Shown: positions 40,201 through 47,780 of the stretch, piece after piece
Numbering within the stretch: position 1 is the first letter of the stretch
How the letters are laid out: each line of letters opens with the position of its first letter
From: a virus
Direction: 5' to 3' (one strand)
IMG/VR virus record: IMGVR_UViG_3300020213_000023
Span: 31,046 to 95,045 of that record
DNA length: 64,000 nucleotides
The notes under the pieces: generated by a model
The model's input: the letters and a program-made list of their open reading frames with translations, nothing else
Told to the model about the DNA's origin: nothing
The model's database searches: none
Translations under genes and position numbers: made by a program

Positions 40201-40753
40201 ACCCTCGTGCAATCAGGTATTCGACAGCAGGGATGGTGTATCGAAGGTGTTGCGCAATCTCGATCGAGCCGTCCAGGTTCTTTCGATAACCAGCAATCCC
40301 CTCAAACAACTCGTCACAGAAGAATTTGCACAGCGTGTTCTTGGTTCGCTGGTATTGCTCGTGGTCGCGGACTTTCTCAAAGAGCGCTTCCGGGATGGAG
40401 CCCTTGAGCCCAAACCGCTTGCGCATAAACAAGAGCGCGTCCCCAAAGCTGCACGACTGGCTCTTGGCCTTGGAGGTGAGTGCCGCGACGAACTTGATCG
40501 GGTCGTAGAAGGACTTGTGGCACCCGAAGCACTTCACCATGCCCTTGCCCGGCGTGATGACGAACGAAGGCCCTGGGTCGTCGTGGAACGGGCACCGTCC
40601 CTTGATGTGCGGTCCTGACCGCGTGAAGCCCGCCTCGGGACACAGGTCCGAGACCAACAACAACCAGTCTCCGAATGTCAGGTCTGTCCAAATCGCCTTG
40701 AGGCGGGAAAATTGGACCTTCTTGTCGGTGGCTTCTTTAGATTTGCGCGCCAC
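37208..40753 (-). CDS. DNA primase (CHC2 zinc finger + TOPRIM) fused to a P-loop helicase-like domain
   Basis: CPFHDD..CFGC, TEGEFD, DRDRGG, KDPDE; GEHASGKS and LCLEEFE. Confidence 0.85.
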   Translation of the reverse strand: MARKSKEATDKKVQFSRLKAIWTDLTFGDWLLLVSDLCPEAGFTRSGPHIKGRCPFHDDPGPSFVITPGKGMVKCFGCHKSFYDPIKFVAALTSKAKSQSCSFGDALLFMRKRFGLKGSIPEALFEKVRDHEQYQRTKNTLCKFFCDELFEGIAGYRKNLDGSIEIAQHLRYTIPAVEYLIARGLGGYAPNEARPAHEAEDEDTGTGVKADPHGIWHVITSNQLLGVLPPIAAVAGKFGMDSEESKFFQSYFAAFTQDAKFPGFLVFPLHDEPDSVCRFKLRCPSRDKKEMFFVDDAYEAEMKGFRGFYGLHYYRTMLGVQSIEGKSYADTVCLTEGEFDTLACIAQQVRRQSDEFIAFSLGGASVQSLDPLVNYGITKARILQDRDRGGDNIVQKCADKTTTDKITITAFNWPDEYVQWRDPTNPDKRIKDPDEAIACVGYPRWARYVNTPDCYWHLHEWCFDQASREITRVDADDVRQRNRVATEWGKLLRGAQECNTFCDIIEKHFGLDKSILFREIRAKDEDEEAFIERTCDILKEHIHFIGIQHAEGRKRLLVIWIKALRQMDTIVLNDEKSIETVFARYFGALYEFIRDKIGDPAFMSLEGEDSLFAITVRVKKYREYLNFALLKLAQGLPSMDNAPTKGQGLHYITSGDGEMHSYMVNGRDVFHLVHGEESKFEVRLLDGPSDRGIIFDNNGEAWLHSVKKADQIEEADIDLTELYLRIRAMLEGSWSFKYQALDCTFLALYIMCLPVMAVFTRQTAIMFNGEHASGKSRITSGLIGGTGFSSINIVAHALAMQGYTAASIRQQRNNSSLTLCLEEFEDYGTNDAKSLAVRKVLELCRDLISENAVSWSIGTTSGESRTYHLRFPLVTCAIRPLRDAASLSRFVSFELVKDDTRIDPVVSLLKQFGESGIKNTRHELAVGLMRHMPAIRRIQSTIENEYSGNGMMPSHVSARFREALYPAMVMIRLIEEDCERRHGKRNPAIPQCQQFGYDFADSRKDQLARLKTTSENEQIFESILSSGIQIINSDERISNVTTIRSMLGDINKLDDINKTKKGVYLDKQMEWLVVNWIEATQGVLANTKYKNETPTFLKQVSERSPFHVENELVKQNKVLERLVDTMGPCQSLALISVFNVKHVLDEVRKNRETAVAAPIALLPGGSAQTGDKPESVDGMIV

Positions 40754-41564
40754 TCGTCGACTCCTCCACCATCGCTTGGTAGTCGGGGCAAGACGGGCGA
40801 TAGCTACACCATTCGCAAGGCCACCTGAGCTTAGGCTTTGCGGGGAACGGAGCTACGAGACGTTCCGCAGCATTGTTGAGCGTTTCGAACAACCACGGAG
40901 TAAACAGCTTCTCGATTCGATTGGACTCCATGTAGTCCAGCCACTGAATCTTCGGGTAGCGCTCTCCCTGGAGGAAGTTGATACCGGAGCGCACCCCCGC
41001 AAGTCCGTCAACGTTGACCAATGCCATCACGGCGTACGACCAAAGTTGCTTCTTGAACTTGTCGCCTTGCTTGATGTCCTTCGACACGCCGGACTTGTGG
41101 TCCATGACGATCAAATCGTTGTTTGGTGTAACCGCGCAGAGGTCGACTTTCCCGCGGAAATAGACGTCAGGGCTAAAAAAACCAGTCTTCTTGAAATCCG
41201 CGGTGAATCCCCACTCAGCCTCGAGGAGCACTGTCTGAATCCGTTCTCTTTTACAGAACGCGTCCCACTTTCCAAGGAAGTCCTCAATCGCGTCGTCGAG
41301 AACGCGCAAGTCTTCCTTCTCCGTCCCGGTGAGCGGGGTCTTCTCTGCTGCAATTTTACGCGCCTCCGTGTCTGATCGTCCGCCGACTCGATATTCAAGG
41401 ATGGTGTGCGCGTGCGTGCCCACGGTGTTGGCGGAGTTCACGGACTCCTCGACGGTCTTGAGGATGTACTTGTGCTTGAACTGTGCCGCGCAGGTTTCAG
41501 CGACTCCGGCCTTTGAGATGGACCAAGGTGAAAACTGCTTAGCGAGCGGCGTAATTTCGTACAA
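40737..41564 (-). CDS. PD-(D/E)XK nuclease (RecB/AddB-like)
   Basis: WSIS..C, GTHAH, RGKVD, DHKSG, QLWSY, CEWC..C. Confidence 0.85.
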   Translation of the reverse strand: MYEITPLAKQFSPWSISKAGVAETCAAQFKHKYILKTVEESVNSANTVGTHAHTILEYRVGGRSDTEARKIAAEKTPLTGTEKEDLRVLDDAIEDFLGKWDAFCKRERIQTVLLEAEWGFTADFKKTGFFSPDVYFRGKVDLCAVTPNNDLIVMDHKSGVSKDIKQGDKFKKQLWSYAVMALVNVDGLAGVRSGINFLQGERYPKIQWLDYMESNRIEKLFTPWLFETLNNAAERLVAPFPAKPKLRWPCEWCSYRPSCPDYQAMVEESTSGAQI

Positions 41565-41587
41565 GGCAACCCCCTGGAAACGCGTTC

Positions 41588-41664
41588 AAGCTAAAAAAAG
41601 GGATGTCCCCTCTATGCCGAAAAGGACCAAAGTCCCCGTTGTTACCTAGATGAACAACGGGGAC
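41588..41664 (-). terminator. Terminator region after the SSB-like gene
   Basis: 12-bp stem GTCCCCGTTGTT/AACAACGGGGAC (41632-41664) and a downstream T7-AGCTT tract (41588-41600). Confidence 0.65.
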
Positions 41665-41677
41665 GAGGTCCGCAACG

Positions 41678-42748
41678 TTACATGGGTTTGGCGGACGAAC
41701 GCACTGCCGAAGCGGGCGGAGGCGCCGACAGATCCGGCTCACCAGAGTCGTCACCGCCGAGACCTGCCGCCAGCTTGTTGCGGTCGAACTCCGCCTCTGC
41801 GAGCGCGGCAGCCTGATGGGACGAACCCGCCTTTAGGTAGTAGTCCCCGAGGAAGCGCTTACGGTTGGCAGAGAACAGCCGCGAGAACGCTTCGGCGATC
41901 TTGACGATGCTGGCGGGGTTGTCCTTGCCCGTCGGCTCAATCTTGTAGACGTAGTACACGCCCAGTTCGCCCGTCTTCTTTTCCGTGGAAAGCAGGTAGC
42001 TCTGCTTCCACGCATAGGGGTGAACCTTCGCCAGCGACATCAGTGCCGAACCCGCGCCTCGAGACGTCTTGCCGAACTGGCACAGATAGACCTGGGACAG
42101 GTCGTACGAGAGCAGCGCTACGACGATCTGGTTCTGACAGTCTGTCTTCTTCTGATCGCCACGGCCGCCGTTCTGCTGACCGAAGGGCAGGTGTGGACAC
42201 TTCTGGCAGACGCCGTAGGGCTGTCCCAATTTTGCGTCGGGCGCTTGGCACTCCGGTGCCTTCTCGCCCTGCTTGAACATGATGTGTTCGTAGTTGAAGT
42301 GGAGTGCGATGAACTGGAACGGCTTCTCGAGAAGCGTTCCCGCCGTGGTGTACATGTCACCCTGTTTCGCAGACTCCGGCTTGGCCGCAGACTGCGTGGT
42401 CGGCTGCGCAATCGAGATGCGAGGCACAGACCACGTCGTGATGACCTCTTCCATGCCTTCGCGAACCGGGTTGGCCTGATCAACCAGCGCCTTGATCTTC
42501 GTGCGCTCCTCGTCGGTGAACGTGGGGTCGTTAAGAAGCTCCCGCACGTCGCCAAGTTTCTGGGCTGTAATCAGCTCGAGTTCTTCGACGTCTGCGATGG
42601 TCGGGATGCGGATGCCCAGCGCGTTGGTGGGCGGTGCTGTTACGCGCGCGGTTTGAGTGGGGGCCGACTCAGATTCCCGTGTCGTCGTTTCGGTCGCAGT
42701 CGTATCAATAACTGCGGTCTTGCTCTTGTCGTTTTTCTTATCTGCCAT
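41678..42748 (-). CDS. Putative single-stranded DNA-binding / recombination protein
   Basis: VPRISIAQP, CQAPD..G..CQKCP..C pattern seen in phage SSB-like proteins; next to primase and nuclease; GGAG SD before MADKK. Confidence 0.55.
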   Translation of the reverse strand: MADKKNDKSKTAVIDTTATETTTRESESAPTQTARVTAPPTNALGIRIPTIADVEELELITAQKLGDVRELLNDPTFTDEERTKIKALVDQANPVREGMEEVITTWSVPRISIAQPTTQSAAKPESAKQGDMYTTAGTLLEKPFQFIALHFNYEHIMFKQGEKAPECQAPDAKLGQPYGVCQKCPHLPFGQQNGGRGDQKKTDCQNQIVVALLSYDLSQVYLCQFGKTSRGAGSALMSLAKVHPYAWKQSYLLSTEKKTGELGVYYVYKIEPTGKDNPASIVKIAEAFSRLFSANRKRFLGDYYLKAGSSHQAAALAEAEFDRNKLAAGLGGDDSGEPDLSAPPPASAVRSSAKPM

Positions 42749-42964
42749 TGGAAATCTCCCTAGCCTGTGGAACAACGGTTGCCGTTGGGGTTGTCCGCTA
42801 TCGAATCCTCCCCCTGAGGAATCAGACAGTTCGTTCGATTAGCGGAAGTAGACTCTACTGTTATGTATTTCATCCGGGCAAGCTCTTTTGCTTACGAACT
42901 CATGGAAAGGCCGCGTAAAGAAAAGTTGCTGTCCCCATACAGACTGTTACGGTGGTGGGACCGT

Positions 42965-43759
42965 ATGTCACAGGGACTTAGCCGAAGCGCGTCCGCATAC
43001 TTCAACGAAATCTCCAAGGTGTCGCCCATCAGCGATCCTCAGGAGGAACGCCGCCTGATCCTGCGGTGGCAGAAGCACAAGGACGTAAAGGCTAGGGACA
43101 CTCTTGTCCAAAGCCATCTACGCTTTGTCATCACGGTTGCTCGGAAACGTTGCCGCGACGCGGACCGACTACAGGACCTCATCGCGGCAGGAAACATCGG
43201 GCTGATCAAAGCCGTCGACCGTTACGACCTGTCCCGTCGCCCTGCCCCGCGTTTCCTCACGTACGCCGGATGGTGGATTCAGAAAGAGATTGCGGACGAG
43301 GACTACGCGACCACCACCGTCGTACATGTCCCGACGCACCGGCAGAAGGCGCAGCGCAAGGCTGCCAAGCTCTTCCAGAAGGCTGTACAAGCCCACGGCC
43401 CCGAAGCACGTCAACTCAAGAAGATGGACCCAGGGAACCCAGAAGGTCTATCAGTCTCCATCGACGCCGTCCAAGAGACGGTCGAGAGCGAGGGCCCTGA
43501 GGAACCCAACGGCGTCGATGTCGAGCAGGCCAACAAGGTGCTTCGCGTTGCGATCAGTCGACTCCCCGTGCGCGAGCAAACAGTCTTGAACCTGTATTAC
43601 GGCGTAAAGGACGAACCGCGTAACTTCGCACAGATCGCGAACATCCTCGAGATGTGCCCCGAGCGCGTACGCCAAATCAAAATTAACGGCGTGAAGCTGC
43701 TCAAGACAGACCTCACAAACCACCCCCTACTCACTTGGGAACATCATACGTTCCGCTGA
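42965..43759 (+). CDS. Sigma-70 family sigma factor (RpoD/RpoS/RpoH-like)
   Basis: YFNEI, LVQSHLRFVITVA, DLIAAGNIGLIKAVDRYD, RFLTYAGWWI, ERVRQI; start MSQGL preferred. Confidence 0.92.
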   Translation: MSQGLSRSASAYFNEISKVSPISDPQEERRLILRWQKHKDVKARDTLVQSHLRFVITVARKRCRDADRLQDLIAAGNIGLIKAVDRYDLSRRPAPRFLTYAGWWIQKEIADEDYATTTVVHVPTHRQKAQRKAAKLFQKAVQAHGPEARQLKKMDPGNPEGLSVSIDAVQETVESEGPEEPNGVDVEQANKVLRVAISRLPVREQTVLNLYYGVKDEPRNFAQIANILEMCPERVRQIKINGVKLLKTDLTNHPLLTWEHHTFR

Positions 43760-44232
43760 CCGGCGTCGACTGCGTCCTTCATGTGTTTTTGGATGAGCCT
43801 TAGAATGTGTGTTTCGGTAGTTCCTGGCGTTTGAAGCTGCGCTACGAAGTAATCCGCTGTGATGACGGATTTCTCGACGAGTTGCTTCTTTTCTAGCGCA
43901 ACGAACGTCATGTCGTTTGACATCAGGTCGATACGCATCAGTGCGATGGGTTGGTCCCCTTTCTTTGCTAAGACCTGAACCATGGTGAAGTCGAGCGGCG
44001 AGAACGCCCATGTACCCATGTGTTTCATGGCCCCGTAGATTCCCAGGGGATCAATCGGAGCCTGTGCCAACAACGACACCACGACCTCGTCCGTCAGGAG
44101 TTCAAGCCGGCGTAGCGCCTTCAGGTTTTCGACCAATCTAGGAGGTACCGGCGCCAGGACCTTGAGGGCCACGTGAGCAACCTCAAGGTCCTCGGCGCTG
44201 TCTACAAACTCGCCGAGCGAGAGCGATTTCAC
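43744..44232 (-). CDS. Hypothetical protein
   Basis: GTGA coupling with the parB stop. Confidence 0.55.
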   Translation of the reverse strand: MKSLSLGEFVDSAEDLEVAHVALKVLAPVPPRLVENLKALRRLELLTDEVVVSLLAQAPIDPLGIYGAMKHMGTWAFSPLDFTMVQVLAKKGDQPIALMRIDLMSNDMTFVALEKKQLVEKSVITADYFVAQLQTPGTTETHILRLIQKHMKDAVDAGQRNV

Positions 44233-45188
44233 AGCGTGTCGCGCAGGCCTGCCGTGAACTCGAGCGCAGCGATGTAGTTCTTGGTCTTCGCCTTGGTCTC
44301 GTCACTGACGTTCGCCTTCTTGAGGCGCTCGTTCAGGATGCCGAGCTGCTCGAGGATGGCGGTCTTGGGGCGAAGGTCGATCTCCTTGCCTTCGTAGATC
44401 TCCTTGGCGACCGCGACCTTCTCGTTGTCGTACTCCGGCTCATTCCCCTTCTTCTTCTTCGGCTTGTCACGTTTGATGCCCAACTTCGTCTTGGCCTTGT
44501 CAGCCACAGCCTTGACGTCTTCGACGGACATCTTCTTACCGCCCGCCTGCCTTTCTTGGATTGCGTGCAGGACCTCGGTCTGCTGTGCCTTGGGCAGCGT
44601 GACGATCTCGCGCACCTGCGTCGGCGACACTTCGCCCTTCTCAAGCGCGTCCTTCACCTCGGACGCGGTGTTCTTGAGCAGTGAGAGACGTTGCGAGATG
44701 TACGGCTCAGACTTGCCCAGCTTGTGCGACAGCTCCGCCTGCGTGACCTCGTAGGTCTCGATGTAGTTCTGCATCGCCTGCGCTTCCTCGAGCGGATCGA
44801 GATTCTCACGCTGGAGATTCTCCACCAGGTTCAACACAGCCTGCTGTTGGTTGCTTCCTTTGACCTTCTTAACGTCGACTTGCGCCCAGCTGGCAGGTGA
44901 CGTTTTGCGCGGAAGCTTCTTGCCGCTCTTGTCCACGGGCGCCCAGTCGGGGTCGCGGAGTTTCTCGATCGCCTTGTAGCGACGACCGCCCGCAACCAAG
45001 AAGTACTTCCTCTTGCCTTCCTTATCTCCGCCGCTTTCACGGACGACGAGTCGCGAGATCATCCCATTCTCGTCCATGCTGGCAGCCAGCTCGTCGATGT
45101 TGGTGAAGGTCTTGCGGCTGTTGAATCCTTCGGGGATGTGGATGTCGCTAAACGCGACGCGTGAACTATCCTTGTTTTGATCGGACAT
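44229..45188 (-). CDS. parB: ParB/Spo0J-like protein
   Basis: IDELAASM..G, LVAGGRRYKA, ENLQRENLDPLEEA, HTH TQAELSHKLGKSEPYISQRLSLL. Confidence 0.88.
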   Translation of the reverse strand: MSDQNKDSSRVAFSDIHIPEGFNSRKTFTNIDELAASMDENGMISRLVVRESGGDKEGKRKYFLVAGGRRYKAIEKLRDPDWAPVDKSGKKLPRKTSPASWAQVDVKKVKGSNQQQAVLNLVENLQRENLDPLEEAQAMQNYIETYEVTQAELSHKLGKSEPYISQRLSLLKNTASEVKDALEKGEVSPTQVREIVTLPKAQQTEVLHAIQERQAGGKKMSVEDVKAVADKAKTKLGIKRDKPKKKKGNEPEYDNEKVAVAKEIYEGKEIDLRPKTAILEQLGILNERLKKANVSDETKAKTKNYIAALEFTAGLRDTL

Positions 45189-45219
45189 GTAATTCCCTTG
45201 TTCGTGAAGTAGAAACGCA

Positions 45220-45250
45220 AAAGGGGCCCGGCGATGAACCAGGCCCCTTT
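45220..45250. terminator. Hairpin, possibly a bidirectional terminator
   Basis: AAAGGGGCC/GGCCCCTTT intergenic inverted repeat. Confidence 0.55.
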
Positions 45251-45258
45251 ACGTATCG

Positions 45259-45597
45259 TTACGAGTGGTCGGTGACCAAGTCTACAAGCGCCTCGACCTG
45301 TGCCTTCAATCTCTCCTGTTCGGGCTGCGTTGCGGCAGTCATGCGACCGCGCAGTTCGCGAATCCGCTGCAGGATTGCTCCCACGTTATTGGGATCCTCC
45401 ACGGATTCCCGTCCCTCGGTGGGCGCGAGGAGAGTTGTAAGCGCTGCGTGCAACGGCGCTAGTGATGGACGCTTCGTTACGAGGACGGCGACCAATTGCG
45501 ACATGATCGACACTGCTGCGACGGCCCTACCCTTGGTCCAGAATTTCTTGCGCCTGGACGCACTATCAAACAGCAACGTGATCAGATTGTTTGCCAT
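45259..45597 (-). CDS. Hypothetical protein
   Basis: Start MANNL, 1 nt after the upstream stop. Confidence 0.5.
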   Translation of the reverse strand: MANNLITLLFDSASRRKKFWTKGRAVAAVSIMSQLVAVLVTKRPSLAPLHAALTTLLAPTEGRESVEDPNNVGAILQRIRELRGRMTAATQPEQERLKAQVEALVDLVTDHS

Positions 45598-45598
45598 G

Positions 45599-45847
45599 TC
45601 AAGGTTCCTTGATGTGCTGCAACACCCTCCGCCGATCGATCTTCCGAAGCTCGATCTCGTTGAGGGGTTTCCCTTCAAGCAGTTCACCTATGGCAAAGTA
45701 GAACTCCACCGCGACATCCTGTACGGAAAGTTCGGGGTCGTTTTGGATCGCTAGCCAAAGAGCACGCACGCCGCCGTGGCGGCGAATCACATCCCCGGTT
45801 ATCTTGGTTGCGAGCCCTGTGCGCGGTTTACTCCGCGCTTTGGGCAT
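45599..45847 (-). CDS. Hypothetical protein
   Basis: Start MPKARS with GGAG SD. Confidence 0.5.
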   Translation of the reverse strand: MPKARSKPRTGLATKITGDVIRRHGGVRALWLAIQNDPELSVQDVAVEFYFAIGELLEGKPLNEIELRKIDRRRVLQHIKEP

Positions 45848-46007
45848 CGGCTCCCTCAAAAGGTTTCGTGCCGCACTTGGGGCACTGCGGGACGTTCGTG
45901 TGCGCGCGATGCCCGAGGGCGGACCCGCACTGCGGGCACGTCGTTTTGGGTTCACCGGACGCTTCCTTTGTTTGGCTTTCGTCAACTTCGACGCCGAGCT
46001 TTTCCAT
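45828..46007 (-). CDS. Small zinc-ribbon protein
   Basis: MEKLGVE..CPQCG..CPKCGTKPFE. Confidence 0.6.
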   Translation of the reverse strand: MEKLGVEVDESQTKEASGEPKTTCPQCGSALGHRAHTNVPQCPKCGTKPFEGADAQSAE

Positions 46008-46025
46008 GGGGACCTTTCCAAAGGA

Positions 46026-46071
46026 AAGGCCACCTACAGTCTGCCGCGGGCGGAAGACCATAGGTGGCCTT
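46026..46071 (-). terminator. Intergenic hairpin / terminator
   Basis: AAGGCCACCTA/TAGGTGGCCTT stem followed by TCCTTT on the - strand. Confidence 0.55.
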
Positions 46072-46077
46072 CTTAGT

Positions 46078-46422
46078 TCAGCGGAGCGAGACCTTGGCCT
46101 TCTTTTCGATCTTCTTGCCCTTGATGACGGTGAAGTCACCCTTGGGAGCGTCGTCGCTCTTGTTCAGGAACTTCTCAGCCTCGCCGAAGCTCTTGAACTC
46201 GTGGATTTCGCCGACCACGATGTAGACCTTCGGGGGGTTCTTGGCCTCAGCCGCCGCCGCGTCCGTTCCGTCGGTGTTGTTGAGCGGCGCCGTGTCAGTC
46301 TTCGGTGCGATGTCCGTCTTGGGGATCGCGCCACTCGGCGCAGCCGTCGTCGCTGCGGCGGGAACCGGAGCGGGCTTCTTGTCGGCGGTCTTGGGGCTGG
46401 TCTGGGTCTGCTGCGTGGTCAT
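46078..46422 (-). CDS. Hypothetical protein with a low-complexity N-terminus
   Basis: AGGAG SD; strongly GC3-biased codons. Confidence 0.7.
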   Translation of the reverse strand: MTTQQTQTSPKTADKKPAPVPAAATTAAPSGAIPKTDIAPKTDTAPLNNTDGTDAAAAEAKNPPKVYIVVGEIHEFKSFGEAEKFLNKSDDAPKGDFTVIKGKKIEKKAKVSLR

Positions 46423-46461
46423 GTGTGTTGGTCTCCTGTTTCTTTTCTACGGGGTTCGTGT

Positions 46462-47421
46462 CTACTTTTTTCCGCGGCAGTGGAACCACATCGAGCACCA
46501 TTTCTCGCTGCACCACCAGTTGCCGGGGTCTGTCCTTGGGAAGTGACCTGACGCGATGGACCTCGCGACGTCCTCCATCACTTTCACTGTGTGCTTCACC
46601 GTATGTGAAGAAATCACACCGTTGAGAACTTCATACCGAGGTCTCGCGACTTTTGCACGACCTTTCACGACCTGATCGACCTGGACGTCGGGTGTATTCT
46701 CGACCCCGGCGTACAATGCGAATTGCAAGTCGTTGTCGAGGTCCCCTTCGGACCATTTGTCCGTAACGACCTTGAGGTCGTGGACCCGCTTGGGCTTACG
46801 GAGTACTGCCGGAAGAACCGGTTGCTTGACGCCCGCGGCCTTCTGTTTGGCGAAGTTGTCAACCAGCTCCTCGCGGATCGACTGGTACTCTTTTTCGTTG
46901 AGAGCTTGCACCTGGATGCTGTCGATGCGTCCAAGCACCGGCAGCCGAATCTTCCCATCCTCCGTCTCGATCACCGTGTGGAACGGCTTTTCCACGTATA
47001 CCGGCATCATCTTGGGTGCAGCTTCGTTGTAGAAGACCTTGGTGCAGGTGATGCCAACGTCCTTGAAGGATTCCGGGGGCTGGTCTTCCCAGTCTTCGAT
47101 GAGCGGCTTCTGCTTCTCGAAGGCGGTCGAAAACACGTCGGTCGCGTCGTCAAGGGACGGCAACTGCCCCTTGAGGAACCGATCCGTCATCATCATTTCG
47201 ACAGCGGCGTGCACTTGGATTCCTTGAAACATCCGAGCAGATGGTTTGCTCGGCTTGTTTTCAATATAACGAAGGTACCACTGTCGTCCGCATTTGAGGA
47301 AGGTGGTTGCTTGAGAAACCGACAAATATCCTCGCGGAAGAACATCGACCAGTTCGATATCTTCGGGGATGGGGATTTGAGGATCCAGACAGTCTTCGAC
47401 TTCTTCCATTCCGTTCGACAT
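46462..47421 (-). CDS. Second PD-(D/E)XK nuclease
   Basis: LSVSQ..C, GIQVH, GRID, DLK, QFALY, WCSEKWC..C. Confidence 0.8.
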   Translation of the reverse strand: MSNGMEEVEDCLDPQIPIPEDIELVDVLPRGYLSVSQATTFLKCGRQWYLRYIENKPSKPSARMFQGIQVHAAVEMMMTDRFLKGQLPSLDDATDVFSTAFEKQKPLIEDWEDQPPESFKDVGITCTKVFYNEAAPKMMPVYVEKPFHTVIETEDGKIRLPVLGRIDSIQVQALNEKEYQSIREELVDNFAKQKAAGVKQPVLPAVLRKPKRVHDLKVVTDKWSEGDLDNDLQFALYAGVENTPDVQVDQVVKGRAKVARPRYEVLNGVISSHTVKHTVKVMEDVARSIASGHFPRTDPGNWWCSEKWCSMWFHCRGKK

Positions 47422-47423
47422 AT

Positions 47424-47780
47424 CTAATAATCCTTCGGAAAGTCGAGCGATTCATTGGGGCCGAGCGCCCGCACCTTCCCTGTAGCATCGTTCTTCACGA
47501 GCCGATTGGAGGCGGCGAGCACGCTCGACATATCAGGTTCATCCACGGTCACGGCGGGGGTTGTTTCCGCCGTAACCGTCGGTTTGGGTGCGGTGGTTGT
47601 TGTTGTTGTTGGGTGCGCCGCGACGAGCGCATCGTCTTCTGTTTCGACGGAAAGCTTGACTTCGAGGGCTCCTTTGTATTCGAGAGATGTTCCGTTTTTG
47701 AGCTTGAGGCCCTGCGCCTTGAGGTCTTTCTCGACGAGGCGAAGGATGTCCTTTTTTTCAAAAGTAACCGAAATCTTCAT
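47424..47780 (-). CDS. Hypothetical protein
   Basis: TAATG coupling with the helicase gene. Confidence 0.6.
   Translation of the reverse strand: MKISVTFEKKDILRLVEKDLKAQGLKLKNGTSLEYKGALEVKLSVETEDDALVAAHPTTTTTTAPKPTVTAETTPAVTVDEPDMSSVLAASNRLVKNDATGKVRALGPNESLDFPKDY

Noticed and set aside
41171-41181. Third GCTAAAAAAA copy
   Set aside because: Lies inside the nuclease CDS (encodes GFFS), has no hairpin and different flanks
42749-42964. Replication origin or ncRNA in the longest divergent intergenic gap
   Set aside because: No iterons or convincing structure visible; divergent promoters are a sufficient explanation
40737-47421. Cas4 genes implying a CRISPR-Cas system
   Set aside because: No cas1/cas2 or array; solo PD-(D/E)XK nucleases are common in phage replication modules
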